Shown here: positions 38,963 through 48,532 of the stretch, piece by piece
Position numbering within the stretch: the stretch's first letter is position 1
How the letters are laid out: every line of letters begins with the position of its first letter
Source: Patescibacteria group bacterium
GTDB lineage: Bacteria; Patescibacteriota; Minisyncoccia; Phycocordibacterales; Phycocordibacteraceae
Direction of reading: 5' to 3'
Assembly (NCBI GenBank): GCA_013815345.1
Contig: JACDGK010000002.1
Location: 35,399 to 99,398 of the forward strand
DNA: 64,000 nucleotides
The notes under the pieces: model-generated
Database searches by the model: none
What the model was told of the DNA's origin: nothing
What the model saw: the letters and a program-made list of their open reading frames with translations, nothing else
Program-made: the position numbers and the translations under genes

Positions 38963-39048
38963 TGGTGCGCCGGGAAGGATTCGAACCTTCGTAGGCCGAA
39001 GCCGACAGGTTTACAGCCTGTTGTAATTGACCACTCTACCACCGACGC
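38963..39048 (-). tRNA. tRNA-Tyr (anticodon GUA), CCA encoded, long variable arm
   Basis: Hand-folded: acceptor GCGUCGG/CCGGCGC, D-stem GUAG/UUAC, anticodon stem ACAGG/CCUGU with loop CUGUAAA, variable arm CGGCUUCGGCCUAC, T-arm GAAGG-UUCGAAU-CCUUC, ACCA 3' end. Confidence 0.85.
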
Positions 39049-39075
39049 AATACTGGAACTATAGCGGGATTAGTC

Positions 39076-40347
39076 TTATTTTTCAATCGTAAGAAGTGCT
39101 ACCTGCTTGCCCCGTCGAAGGAGGACGAGATTGTCTGAAAAATGAGCAGAAATAAGCATGGTCTCCGGACTTTCAATAGTTTCGCCATTCAGAGAAACTC
39201 CCTTACTTTCGATAAGTCTTCGTGCATCTGATTTTGAGGTGGATAGGTTGCTGGCGATTAACGCATCAATAATAGAAAATCCTTGCTGCAGCTGACTGGA
39301 AGAAAGAGTAATCGAAGGGGCTTCTTTAACAAGCATCAGGCGTTCGCTGCTCGAGAGTTCAGAAAGCGACTTCCCACTAAAAAGTGCATCGGATACGGCG
39401 GCGGCGTTCGCCGCCGCCTCTTTCCCGTGCACGCTTTCGGTCACGAGCTGCGCAAGCATTCTCTGAGCGCCTCGCCTGCCGGGGTTACGGCTATGCAGCT
39501 CTACGAGCGCATTAATCTCCGCAAGGGGCATGAAAGTATAAAACTTTAAGAATTTGTCTACGCTTTCATCCGGTTGATTCAACCAAAACTGATAAAACGC
39601 AAACGGCGAAGTCTTCTGAGGGTCAAGCCATATCGCATTCCCTTCTGATTTGCCAAACTTCTTTCCATTTGCATCTGTGATGAGCGGACAGGTAAAAGCG
39701 AACGCTTCCCTTCCTGCTTTCTTTCTAATAAGTTCTACGCCTGAAAGAATGTTGGTCCATTGATCTGAACCGCCGATCTGCAGATCGCAGCCGTATTTCT
39801 CATTTAGCACAAGATAGTCGTATCCCTGGAGAAGCGCATAGGCAAACTCTGTGTAGGAAATGCTCTCATCTGGAGTTTCGAGACGACGAGCAATAATGTC
39901 ACGTTTGATAAGTTCATTGATGGTGAAATGCTTGCCGATATCCCGAAGAAAATCCACCAGTTTTACTTTGAGAAGCCAGTCGGCATTATCGACAAGGGTC
40001 ACTCGACTGCCGATAATATTCTGCATCTGTGCACGGATCGCTTTCTTGTTCTTTTCAATGATCTTTATATCTTGTAATTGACGCTCACCCTTTTCGCGAG
40101 GGTCGCCGATCATGCCGGTTCCCCCACCAGCCAAAAGGATGATTTTATGACCAGCGTCTGCAAGCCGTTTCATAAGAAGAACCACTACCAGATTTCCTGC
40201 TTGCATGGAATCAGCAGAAGGGTCCACACCGAGATATACCGTTCTCTTTTTGGAGAATATTATTTCGGGGTCAGCGGAGTGGTGCTCTATGAGTCCTCGC
40301 TCTTTTAATTCCTGTACAAAATCCATATAGGAACGAGTATACGACAT
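39076..40347 (-). CDS. tyrS: tyrosyl-tRNA synthetase
   Basis: HIGH-region (GVDPSADSMQAGNL), KFGKS (KMSKS), C-terminal S4 domain. Confidence 0.9.
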   Translation of the reverse strand: MSYTRSYMDFVQELKERGLIEHHSADPEIIFSKKRTVYLGVDPSADSMQAGNLVVVLLMKRLADAGHKIILLAGGGTGMIGDPREKGERQLQDIKIIEKNKKAIRAQMQNIIGSRVTLVDNADWLLKVKLVDFLRDIGKHFTINELIKRDIIARRLETPDESISYTEFAYALLQGYDYLVLNEKYGCDLQIGGSDQWTNILSGVELIRKKAGREAFAFTCPLITDANGKKFGKSEGNAIWLDPQKTSPFAFYQFWLNQPDESVDKFLKFYTFMPLAEINALVELHSRNPGRRGAQRMLAQLVTESVHGKEAAANAAAVSDALFSGKSLSELSSSERLMLVKEAPSITLSSSQLQQGFSIIDALIASNLSTSKSDARRLIESKGVSLNGETIESPETMLISAHFSDNLVLLRRGKQVALLTIEK

Positions 40348-40373
40348 TATTTCCCTCCAGCAGAACGCCAGTC

Positions 40374-41981
40374 CTACACCGCTGGCTGCATAAGAGGTAT
40401 TTCAGCAATAAAGCTTGAACCCTTTCCGGCGCCTTCTGATTCGGCTCGTATGGTTCCGTGATGCGCTTCTACGGTGCTTTTTGCGATATAGAGACCGTAT
40501 CCCGTACTGTGGACGTTTATCTTGGACGATTCCTTTCCTTGACCTCCCTCGGTGAAAAGACGTGCTTTATCTTCAGAAGTAATGCCAATACCTGTATCGG
40601 TGACTGAGAAAATAATTTTATCTACCGTCTTTGTAAGCGAAACGGCAATTGAGCCACTTGGCGTGTAATTTATTGAATTCTCAATAAGATTTTGAAATAC
40701 GTGATCCTCCAGCTTTTCTTTATCGCCAACGAGCATAAAAGATTCAGTGCTCTCTGCAGACGGAAAGTGTAGAGCAAGTCCTTTGGCTTCTGCTGAAGGC
40801 TTCAACTTTTCCACGATTTCGCTCACCACCACCCTACAGTCAAATGGCGCCATCTGGAAGCTCACGAGTCCTTTCTTGAGATTTGATGCTTGAAGAAGAT
40901 CCATAACCATACGGGAATCTTTGCGGCTTTGGGGGAGAAGTTGGGTCACGAGCTGTTTTGCAGGTTCAGGAAGTACGCCATAGTCTCCATCCACAAATCC
41001 AGAAAAGGCACCCATATACCGTGCCAAGAAGCCTTTGACTTCGTGGCTGATGAAGTGGATAAGACCTTCTTGTCGTTCATTTGTCTGCTCAAGCTCCTCG
41101 GCGAGTTTTTCAATTTTTTCGCGTTGTTCGACTTCTCGTACCATGGTACGGAGTAGCCAGACACCGGAAAGAAGAACCAATGCCAATTCGCCAACACGGT
41201 ACAGAATGAGAAGCAGGTTGTTCGAAAACAAAATGTCAAAAAATGTTGCGGTAGCAAGAAAGAAGGTTAAAAGTCCAAAAACAGCAACTTGAATATTAAA
41301 TAGACGATAATGCAGTATTGAGTACGCTGTTCCGACAATAAAAGGCAGTAGGAATAATCCACCAAGAGATACCAGTGTTGGAATATTTAAAAAGGCAGGG
41401 AAAATAAAATCAAAGGTTATTAAAAAAACAAAAGTCAATATAACTCCTGCAAGTACTGGCTCCATCCTCTTTCTATCAAGACCCATTGATTTGAAAAAAG
41501 TCCTTACTAATTTCCAAAGACCAATACTCACATATATAATTACCGTTATACCAAAAAGCGCGATCCCTGGTCCAGTCTTTGTTTCAACCGTTGGTAGTAC
41601 CTGCGTTATAGATTGGTATATGAAAGGCGTGAGGGTCAATAAAGAGATACCGCTTGTCCAGACGAGGAGAATAATGAATAGAAGATGCGGCATAACAGCC
41701 TTTCTGCTGGGAAATTGATACGCAAGCAAGAGGAATGAAAACGCATGCCATATGGCGAAGAAGAGCACGATTCGTATAAACCAAATGATAGAGAAGCCGG
41801 TACCCGCTCGTATGCTTGCAAAATTAGCTACACTCCAACAAATACTCGCAATAGTAAAGAAAAGATATGCGCGGGCCGTTGCGCTTTTCGGTTCAGAGAA
41901 ATATATAGAGCAGCCGAGCGTTCCTGCACCCGCGACTGCAATGCCTACCCACAACAAATCTAAATTTAATATCGATTCCAT
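40374..41981 (-). CDS. multi-pass membrane sensor histidine kinase (no cognate response regulator adjacent)
   Basis: At least 8 TM helices N-terminally, coiled-coil, H-box ISHEVKGF, HATPase G-boxes (DTGIGI, GYGLYIAKS). Confidence 0.8.
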   Translation of the reverse strand: MESILNLDLLWVGIAVAGAGTLGCSIYFSEPKSATARAYLFFTIASICWSVANFASIRAGTGFSIIWFIRIVLFFAIWHAFSFLLLAYQFPSRKAVMPHLLFIILLVWTSGISLLTLTPFIYQSITQVLPTVETKTGPGIALFGITVIIYVSIGLWKLVRTFFKSMGLDRKRMEPVLAGVILTFVFLITFDFIFPAFLNIPTLVSLGGLFLLPFIVGTAYSILHYRLFNIQVAVFGLLTFFLATATFFDILFSNNLLLILYRVGELALVLLSGVWLLRTMVREVEQREKIEKLAEELEQTNERQEGLIHFISHEVKGFLARYMGAFSGFVDGDYGVLPEPAKQLVTQLLPQSRKDSRMVMDLLQASNLKKGLVSFQMAPFDCRVVVSEIVEKLKPSAEAKGLALHFPSAESTESFMLVGDKEKLEDHVFQNLIENSINYTPSGSIAVSLTKTVDKIIFSVTDTGIGITSEDKARLFTEGGQGKESSKINVHSTGYGLYIAKSTVEAHHGTIRAESEGAGKGSSFIAEIPLMQPAV

Positions 41982-41982
41982 T

Positions 41983-43050
41983 TTAAGGTGAAATTTTTAC
42001 CAAATGATCCGAAAAAGCAAACTGATAGCGTCCTGAGGGCAACGGTCGTTTAAGAATAATGGCTTTTGCGGCATAGCAAAGTATGGCACCTCGCAAAAAC
42101 GAAGATTCAGCAAGTTGTGGAATGCCCACGAGAGTCTTTCCAAAAGCTTCGAACGATTCTAGGAGTCTCGTGTCAAGATATTCCACTCCCATAAAATCAC
42201 GAGCCAAAGCAACTTTTTCATGAGGAAGCAGGTGCATGCTGCTGGGCGACGCAATCGTTTCATACACGTGTGGCTTCATAAGATTGTTAAGAATAGGAAG
42301 TTCTGCATCTTCATCAAAACGCTCTACATCAAGCAACACACCTTCTGCATTGCCGGTAACCATGATTACAGGAATGCGATTCGATCGAGCTTCTTTCCGC
42401 AGAGCAATCTTAAGAGGCAGCGCATCCATTTCCTCCACTATGAGATCGACTTTTGGGTTTTGCAAAAAAAGTGAAAGGTTGTCGGGAGTCAGTCCCGCTT
42501 CATACAACTCTAGTTTGTAGTAAGGATCAATCTCGAGGATTTGTCGCGCGGTAAGAGTCGATTTATTAATGCCAAGGTCACACAAACCAGCCCTAAAACG
42601 ATTGAGGTTGGTGAGCGAGAGCGGATCAAAATCAGCGAGCTTCATGTCGGTCGAGCCTCCCTCCAGCGCTATGCACACCGCACCGGGATTTCCCACATTT
42701 AATCCAGCAAACGCAATGTTCGCTTTTCCGAACTGTTCCTGCTCACTCGTGGTAAGCAATTCACGATTACGATTGGTGCGCAATTCACGATATGCTTCAG
42801 GTCCTACTATCCGTACGATAGTGTTTCGCCAGGGATACTCGACAAAGAACTCCCCAGGCTTGTCGACAAGCTCTGTGGGAGTTTTTCCCACAGATCGCGG
42901 ATCGCGAATTTGTGCTAGTTCTGAAAGTTGTTCGTCATAGGTATCAATAACGCGAGCTCCTTCTTTTTTTTGGAAATTTGCGATTTCAATACTGTCCTCT
43001 GGATCGTGTGGATTCAAGAGACGAATGAGCTGCGATACAGGTTGTGGCAT
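41983..43050 (-). CDS. ThiF/MoeB/E1-like adenylyltransferase-family protein with about 100-aa N- and C-terminal extensions
   Basis: Rossmann Gly-loop FAGLNVGNPGAV, DFD...LTNLNRF (cf. ThiF D-x-D...SNLNRQ), ...VIMVTGN; no CxxC zinc motif, no rhodanese domain. Confidence 0.7.
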   Translation of the reverse strand: MPQPVSQLIRLLNPHDPEDSIEIANFQKKEGARVIDTYDEQLSELAQIRDPRSVGKTPTELVDKPGEFFVEYPWRNTIVRIVGPEAYRELRTNRNRELLTTSEQEQFGKANIAFAGLNVGNPGAVCIALEGGSTDMKLADFDPLSLTNLNRFRAGLCDLGINKSTLTARQILEIDPYYKLELYEAGLTPDNLSLFLQNPKVDLIVEEMDALPLKIALRKEARSNRIPVIMVTGNAEGVLLDVERFDEDAELPILNNLMKPHVYETIASPSSMHLLPHEKVALARDFMGVEYLDTRLLESFEAFGKTLVGIPQLAESSFLRGAILCYAAKAIILKRPLPSGRYQFAFSDHLVKISP

Positions 43051-43077
43051 AGGATCATTCTACGACATCGGATCGAA

Positions 43078-44118
43078 TTACGAGCGGCGAAGTTTGTCTT
43101 TAAGAGGGATACGGGGAGTCATCCAGTCAACTTCCCCATCAATTTTTCCTGCCGCAAAGAGAAATTGGAGCGGCGACTGAAGAGTAAAAGCCACAGTTGC
43201 CGCCGCGCGTGTATCTTCATATTCTACTGAGGCGACAAAAACTGAGTAGTCAAAACCTTGAGCACACAGGGTAAGGGCCGCATGCGATGCCTGAAAACCC
43301 ACTCCCAGCCAGCCAATAAAGGACTCTTCTGCCCCAAACCCAACGACTGCTTTTGAGCTGGCTATAGCGCCAAAATTAAGTTTTGAAAGCACTGGGCCCA
43401 TATTAAGGAAGCGGATCATCGTAGGTAGGATCCATGATAAGATCACTGGCTGATTTAACGAGTACCCCGGTAAACCGGTCCTCTTGCGAGAACCGGTTGG
43501 AGTAATCCAATAAGACATTTCATTCCTAAACATTGGTAAGGCATAGACGCGCAATATATTTTTTGCCGTCTGCTCAGCGACAATTTTAATTTTTTCTTTC
43601 TCGATGAGTGTGGCTACTTCAGGAGGTCGTAAATCATGAGGGGTCAACGAGGAAGGTTGTCGGAGTTGGATAAGTAAGTCTTCAGGAATCTCCACGTTTG
43701 GATTAAAAAGACCCCGTCGGTTTCGACGCGTAAAAATGGCTCGGATCAAAGATTCATAGGTTTCATCAATAGTGCCGGTCGATAGTTCAAATGTTATATC
43801 AGCAATATGATCGCCCGTTGCATCGATAGTAAAATGCGTCGACATTCCAAAAAACGCCGTGATGCTTGAAATGTGGTGGAGAAGAAATCCGATGCTTACA
43901 TATGAATATCGTCCGACAGAATCTGAGTAGGGCAACAAAATGGAGGTATCTCTATACACAGAGAGTCTTTCTTTGTGTATCTTAAAAAGCCACGGTTGAC
44001 TGTTATGAGTGGAGGGCGCTCTCGTTGCTGCATTCAAAACATACGTCATTTGTTCCTCAAGTACACCAGAAAAGGGAAAGTTGTCTTTAAAGGCCGCGAG
44101 CGTGATGGGGACAGACAT
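43078..44118 (-). CDS. nitroreductase-superfamily protein, tandem-domain (SagB-type dehydrogenase-like)
   Basis: RAPSTHNSQPW nitroreductase FMN-binding signature near N-terminus; 346 aa, consistent with two nitroreductase-fold halves. Confidence 0.65.
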   Translation of the reverse strand: MSVPITLAAFKDNFPFSGVLEEQMTYVLNAATRAPSTHNSQPWLFKIHKERLSVYRDTSILLPYSDSVGRYSYVSIGFLLHHISSITAFFGMSTHFTIDATGDHIADITFELSTGTIDETYESLIRAIFTRRNRRGLFNPNVEIPEDLLIQLRQPSSLTPHDLRPPEVATLIEKEKIKIVAEQTAKNILRVYALPMFRNEMSYWITPTGSRKRTGLPGYSLNQPVILSWILPTMIRFLNMGPVLSKLNFGAIASSKAVVGFGAEESFIGWLGVGFQASHAALTLCAQGFDYSVFVASVEYEDTRAAATVAFTLQSPLQFLFAAGKIDGEVDWMTPRIPLKDKLRRS

Positions 44119-44140
44119 GCCTCAAATCCTACCATGCACG

Positions 44141-45694
44141 CTACGCTGCGGGACGAATGACCCACGGTTGTTTTATTCCGGGCTTAAAGTACAGAGGGTC
44201 TTCATACTGCCAAAATACGAGACGGGGCTCGGCTCGCTTTCCCATAAAATCTGAGAGTTCATGGAATTCTGAGTTTTTCTCGCGAAGATTTTTAAGAATT
44301 TCGCTTTGGAGTTCTGAGACGAAAATCTTTCCCGCCTCCTTTTGAGGTTTTAATTCAATATTGATTTCAAGATATTGATCCTCGTTATGGTCATATTTCG
44401 TGGTTAAAGTGAGCTTTCCGGTGAGCGTAGTATGGAATCGTCTATCAAGTAAGACTTCTTTGATTGTTTCAGGATAAATCTGCAAGCCATAGAGCGTCGT
44501 TGCTAGATCAATGCGTTCATAGACATACACAAAGGGTAGTTCAAGCACTTGCTTTGAAATACCAGCAGTTCGGGCTTCTTTCATAATGTCGATCTTGTGG
44601 GTCTTACAGCGATCTACCATCTCTCTGAATGTGTACACGCCTCCATGATCCCCTATCGAGTAACGAGCAAGCGGTATAGAGCTATCACCGGTCACGAGTA
44701 TCTCCCCATTAGGTGCCTCAAATGAAACAGAATCGGGAATGTATTGAGCAAGCGTCGGTGTTTTTGTGGTTCCTCTGAAAAGATCCGTAAAAAGTTTCTC
44801 GTTATTCGTGGCGAGACGACGAATAAGAATGGAGAGCGGGGTCTCAAAAGCCATAGTGCCAATATCAGCGCTTCCATAAATGTTAATGGCATCCGTAAGA
44901 ATGTTTTTTATCCCCACCTTTTCAGCAACGTGATCGCGAAACCGTTCAGTAAAAGCTTCTGCAGCAAAAAGAAGCATCACCCGGTGCTTTTCGAATGAAA
45001 TGCCTTCCTCGATCGCCTCATCAATAACGTCCTTGAGAAAAGGCGGATACCCGGCCAAAATTATCTGATCATACTGCGGCGCAAGATCGCGCAAGGTCTT
45101 TAAGATTTCGCTCTTATTGATACCCGGTGTAAGTATGGAAATCGGGTATCCTCGACGACTCATGAGTTCAAATGCCTGATAGGTGATAAGTCCTCCTATC
45201 CATACTCCCATGCCAAAACACACGATAACCAGAGTCGAGGAATTTAGTTTAAGCGAACTTGTTCGATAAATAAGTTCATGTATCAATGAAGAGCGTTCAT
45301 CAACCTCATGTGATCGTGCAAAGTAGGTTGGCTTTCCTGTGGATCCTGAAGTGGAAGTAAGAATGTGGGGCGAAAGTAGAGAACCGCGCCAAAAAAGTTC
45401 ATTAAAATCTGACGGATGAAGATAATTTTTCTTCGAAATTGAAGGGACGGTGGAGAAGTCTTCGAGTGTACTAATATTCTTTCGTTTTATTCCCTGAGAC
45501 CGAAGGAATTTCTTGTAGGCCGGAACCTTTTCAGCCATACGTTCAAAAAGTCGAACGACGTGCTCTTGATTGATACGGGTCCATTCTGCACTGGTATGGC
45601 TTCGAAGGCGCTTAAAGAAAGCGCCTGCGCTCGGTGTTTCTATAGCGTTTGAGAATTTCTTCCGTATCGTCATTGTTACCGTCTTACTGTCCAT
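44141..45694 (-). CDS. ANL-superfamily adenylate-forming enzyme, PaaK/coenzyme F390 synthetase/CapK-like
   Basis: P-loop TSTSGSTGKPTYFARS (SSGTTGKP-type), A-domain core motifs, 517 aa. Confidence 0.7.
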   Translation of the reverse strand: MDSKTVTMTIRKKFSNAIETPSAGAFFKRLRSHTSAEWTRINQEHVVRLFERMAEKVPAYKKFLRSQGIKRKNISTLEDFSTVPSISKKNYLHPSDFNELFWRGSLLSPHILTSTSGSTGKPTYFARSHEVDERSSLIHELIYRTSSLKLNSSTLVIVCFGMGVWIGGLITYQAFELMSRRGYPISILTPGINKSEILKTLRDLAPQYDQIILAGYPPFLKDVIDEAIEEGISFEKHRVMLLFAAEAFTERFRDHVAEKVGIKNILTDAINIYGSADIGTMAFETPLSILIRRLATNNEKLFTDLFRGTTKTPTLAQYIPDSVSFEAPNGEILVTGDSSIPLARYSIGDHGGVYTFREMVDRCKTHKIDIMKEARTAGISKQVLELPFVYVYERIDLATTLYGLQIYPETIKEVLLDRRFHTTLTGKLTLTTKYDHNEDQYLEINIELKPQKEAGKIFVSELQSEILKNLREKNSEFHELSDFMGKRAEPRLVFWQYEDPLYFKPGIKQPWVIRPAA

Positions 45695-45718
45695 GGAATT
45701 TATTATAACACACGTAAT

Positions 45719-46741
45719 CTATTTTGGAAATAGGGTGGAGAATATATCCAAAACGAAGGGCATATCCTTCGGAGAAGGAACTCCCATGCGGAGAGTTGAA
45801 TGTAATAATTCCTTTGCTTCTGTAAATTTACTCATAGACTCTCCTATTGCTACTCTAACACCCTTCGCTCGTAATTCGTCCGCCAGAGTGTGCGCATTGG
45901 GTACTCGGATAAGAATGAAATTTGTTTCAGAGCTATATATCCTAATGCCGGAAAGACGCGAAAGCGCACTGCTAAAGTAATCCCGTTCTTGTATAACCAT
46001 TTGACGACGTACGCGAATTGATTCTGTTCGCCGCATTCCCTCCTCCGCTGCAAACATACTCATATGCGCAATGGGCCAAGGCAACATACGCTGCTCCATT
46101 TTTCTGATTATTTCGGGCGCGGCGATACAGTAGCCAACTCGAGCACCCGAAAGACCAAAACCTTTTGAGAGGGTGCGAATGATCACGAGATGAGGTGTTT
46201 GAAGTAAGAAAGGCAAAAGCGTCTTACCAGAAAATTCAAAATACGCTTCATCAGATACCAGCAGTACGTCACTTTCTTGAGCAGTGGTAACTATTCTTTC
46301 TATCGTCTCTTCAGGAATACTACAACCCAGAGGATTATTAGGTTGGCATAAAAAAAGCGCTTTTGCGGTGTCTCGCCGGAGGGCAGTAAGGGTATCAGCA
46401 AGAGGGAACACAAATGCGCCGTCGGTTTCGGTGTAATATACGGGATGTGTTACTCCTCCTACTCGATCCAGTATGGATTCGTATCCATAAAAGGTTGGTA
46501 CCGGAAGTACGGCTTCCCTTCCGTGGTTCACATAGAGCTCCGCAAGTGTTTGAATGGCAGCATCTGAGCCGGGAGTAAGGCAGAGTTGTTCGGGGATAAC
46601 CCCGCTATATTCGGCAATTTGTTTTTTGAGTTCATTGTAATTGGGATACGTTGAAAATTCGTTCTGTGTGTAGGTTTGGAATGCTTTACGAAGCTCCTCA
46701 TCCAGTAGCCAGTAACTCTCATTTTTATCCAACGGAATCAT
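45719..46741 (-). CDS. class I/II PLP-dependent aminotransferase, HisC-like (histidinol-phosphate aminotransferase/CobD family)
   Basis: N-terminal LDKNES (cf. LD.NENP), PLP-lysine motif TLSKGFGLSGARVGY. Confidence 0.75.
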   Translation of the reverse strand: MIPLDKNESYWLLDEELRKAFQTYTQNEFSTYPNYNELKKQIAEYSGVIPEQLCLTPGSDAAIQTLAELYVNHGREAVLPVPTFYGYESILDRVGGVTHPVYYTETDGAFVFPLADTLTALRRDTAKALFLCQPNNPLGCSIPEETIERIVTTAQESDVLLVSDEAYFEFSGKTLLPFLLQTPHLVIIRTLSKGFGLSGARVGYCIAAPEIIRKMEQRMLPWPIAHMSMFAAEEGMRRTESIRVRRQMVIQERDYFSSALSRLSGIRIYSSETNFILIRVPNAHTLADELRAKGVRVAIGESMSKFTEAKELLHSTLRMGVPSPKDMPFVLDIFSTLFPK

Positions 46742-46802
46742 AAAAAGTAAGTATATCGCGGAACGTGGTTCTGAATTTTAAAATTCAGTCTTAAATTGTA
46801 AC

Positions 46803-47180
46803 TTATCGTTCGAGCAAGAAGAGAACAATGAGAGGCGCGATGAACCACCAGAAGAAGAACGTTGTGGGATCGAAAATAGTGTTAACGATTGGGGGAAATG
46901 CATAGATGCGGGTGATGGCGAAGCTGTGGTATCCGAGTGCGAGGAGAAAACCAATAAGGAGTACTACTTGCAGGATCATCGCAGGAAGACGGGAACGTCC
47001 AGAGCGCGTCACGACACGCTTTACGATGAAATAGGAAACAATCACGAATACTGCGTAGATCACGATCGACAGTATTGTCCGCATCAAAGGCGTACCACCG
47101 ATGGAGAGAACATTTTCGGAATAGGGAAAGATGCTATACACCGCGTAGCCGAGATACAACGAAATGGTAAAAGCATTCAT
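46803..47180 (-). CDS. hypothetical 4-TM membrane protein
   Basis: 125 aa, four hydrophobic helices; first gene of the minus-strand operon. Confidence 0.5.
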   Translation of the reverse strand: MNAFTISLYLGYAVYSIFPYSENVLSIGGTPLMRTILSIVIYAVFVIVSYFIVKRVVTRSGRSRLPAMILQVVLLIGFLLALGYHSFAITRIYAFPPIVNTIFDPTTFFFWWFIAPLIVLFLLER

Positions 47181-47205
47181 CTCTTTAGCATAAACCTAAT
47201 GAAGA

Positions 47206-47313
47206 CTTTGTAATAGAGAATAGGAGTGCATAATTTTATCGCACGCATAATTCTCTGCTGAAAATTTGCTCCACTCGCGCCGACGCGCTGCGTGAGGCGC
47301 TAAAATTATGCAC
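47206..47313. repeat. 108-nt element with 23-bp perfect terminal inverted repeats (gagaataggagtgcataatttta / taaaattatgcactcctattctc)
   Basis: Arms 47206-47228 and 47291-47313 exactly reverse-complementary; 62-nt GC-rich spacer with sub-hairpins; lies between dnaJ stop and the membrane gene start. Confidence 0.6.
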
Positions 47314-47337
47314 TCCTATTCTCCCCCCACGTATCGT

Positions 47338-48432
47338 TTACAGACCTTCTGACTTAAGGTCTTCAATCGCCTTCTTTGCTTTGCCTGAGAGTTTGCGGGG
47401 GAGCGTTGCCGAAAGCTTGATGTAAAGATCGCCGCTGCCACCTTCTGCGTACGCGACCCCTTTATTCCGTATTCGCAAGGTTTCTTCTGTATGACTCATC
47501 ACGGGTATTTTCACTTCGAGGGTTTTATCATCGATGGTGGTAATGGTCACCGTGGTACCAAGAAGTGCGTCCGTGAGTTTTACCGGAAAGTTCATAATAA
47601 GATTTGCACCTTCTTTACGAAATACGGAATGTGGCTTTACATGAACTTTTACATATAGATCACCAGATGCAGCGCTTTTCACCGCTTCTCCAAGACCTGT
47701 CATGCGGATCATTTCCCCATTGTCGATGCCTGCCGGGACAGTAATTTTTATCTCTTCTTCTTTGCGTATTACGCCTCGACCATTGCAATTCGTACATTTT
47801 TCTTTCGGTACTTTGCCGGAACCTTCACATGTAGGACAGGAGCGGACACTCGTGAATTCGCCCAGTACGGAGTCTCGAGTCTCATGAATACGTCCGGCGC
47901 CGTTACAGGTCTTACAGGTTTCAAGCTCAGTGTTAGGTTTTGCACCTGATCCATGACAGACATCACACTGCCCTACTTTCGTAATAAGTACTGAACGTTT
48001 TGCGCCGAGAATTGATTCTTTAAATGAGACTTCAATGTCGAGAGAGATGTCACGGCCTCGTTTCGTGCGACCTCGTCCATTCCCGCCAAAGATATCTCCC
48101 ATTCCTCCGAAGAGATCTGAAAGATCGAACTCAACTCCGCCATTTCCGAATCCTTGGAAATTGCTGAAATCAAAGCCCCCCATGTTGCCGCTGGCGCCTC
48201 CTGCTGCGGGACCCGCACCACCTGCAAACGTTTGGCCATAGGAATCATATTCACGTCGTTTCTTCTCATCTGCTAGGATACTGTATGCCTCGGTTATTTC
48301 TTTAAATTTTGCTTCATCACCATGTGCTTTGTCGGGATGATACTTTTGAGCAAGTTTTCGAAATGCTTTTTTTACATCGTCGCCGCTTGCTTTCTTGTCG
48401 AGACCTAGGATTTCATAATAGTTCTTAGCCAT
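47338..48432 (-). CDS. dnaJ: chaperone DnaJ
   Basis: J-domain with HPD (KYHPDK), G/F region, four CxxCxGxG zinc-finger repeats. Confidence 0.9.
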   Translation of the reverse strand: MAKNYYEILGLDKKASGDDVKKAFRKLAQKYHPDKAHGDEAKFKEITEAYSILADEKKRREYDSYGQTFAGGAGPAAGGASGNMGGFDFSNFQGFGNGGVEFDLSDLFGGMGDIFGGNGRGRTKRGRDISLDIEVSFKESILGAKRSVLITKVGQCDVCHGSGAKPNTELETCKTCNGAGRIHETRDSVLGEFTSVRSCPTCEGSGKVPKEKCTNCNGRGVIRKEEEIKITVPAGIDNGEMIRMTGLGEAVKSAASGDLYVKVHVKPHSVFRKEGANLIMNFPVKLTDALLGTTVTITTIDDKTLEVKIPVMSHTEETLRIRNKGVAYAEGGSGDLYIKLSATLPRKLSGKAKKAIEDLKSEGL

Positions 48433-48532
48433 ACGCATTTAATCTATTTGACCACTATACACCTCAATGTTTTTTCAGTAAAACACCCGCTTTAGCGGGT
48501 GTTTTACTGAAAATGTTCGAGTGTCACCTATC

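Noticed and set aside
47206-47313. CIRCE-like heat-shock operator (GGAGTGCATAA ... TTATGCACTCC)
   Set aside because: Half-sites share GAGTGC with CIRCE, but orientation is inverted relative to CIRCE, spacer is 62+ nt rather than 9, and it lies downstream (not upstream) of the dnaK operon.
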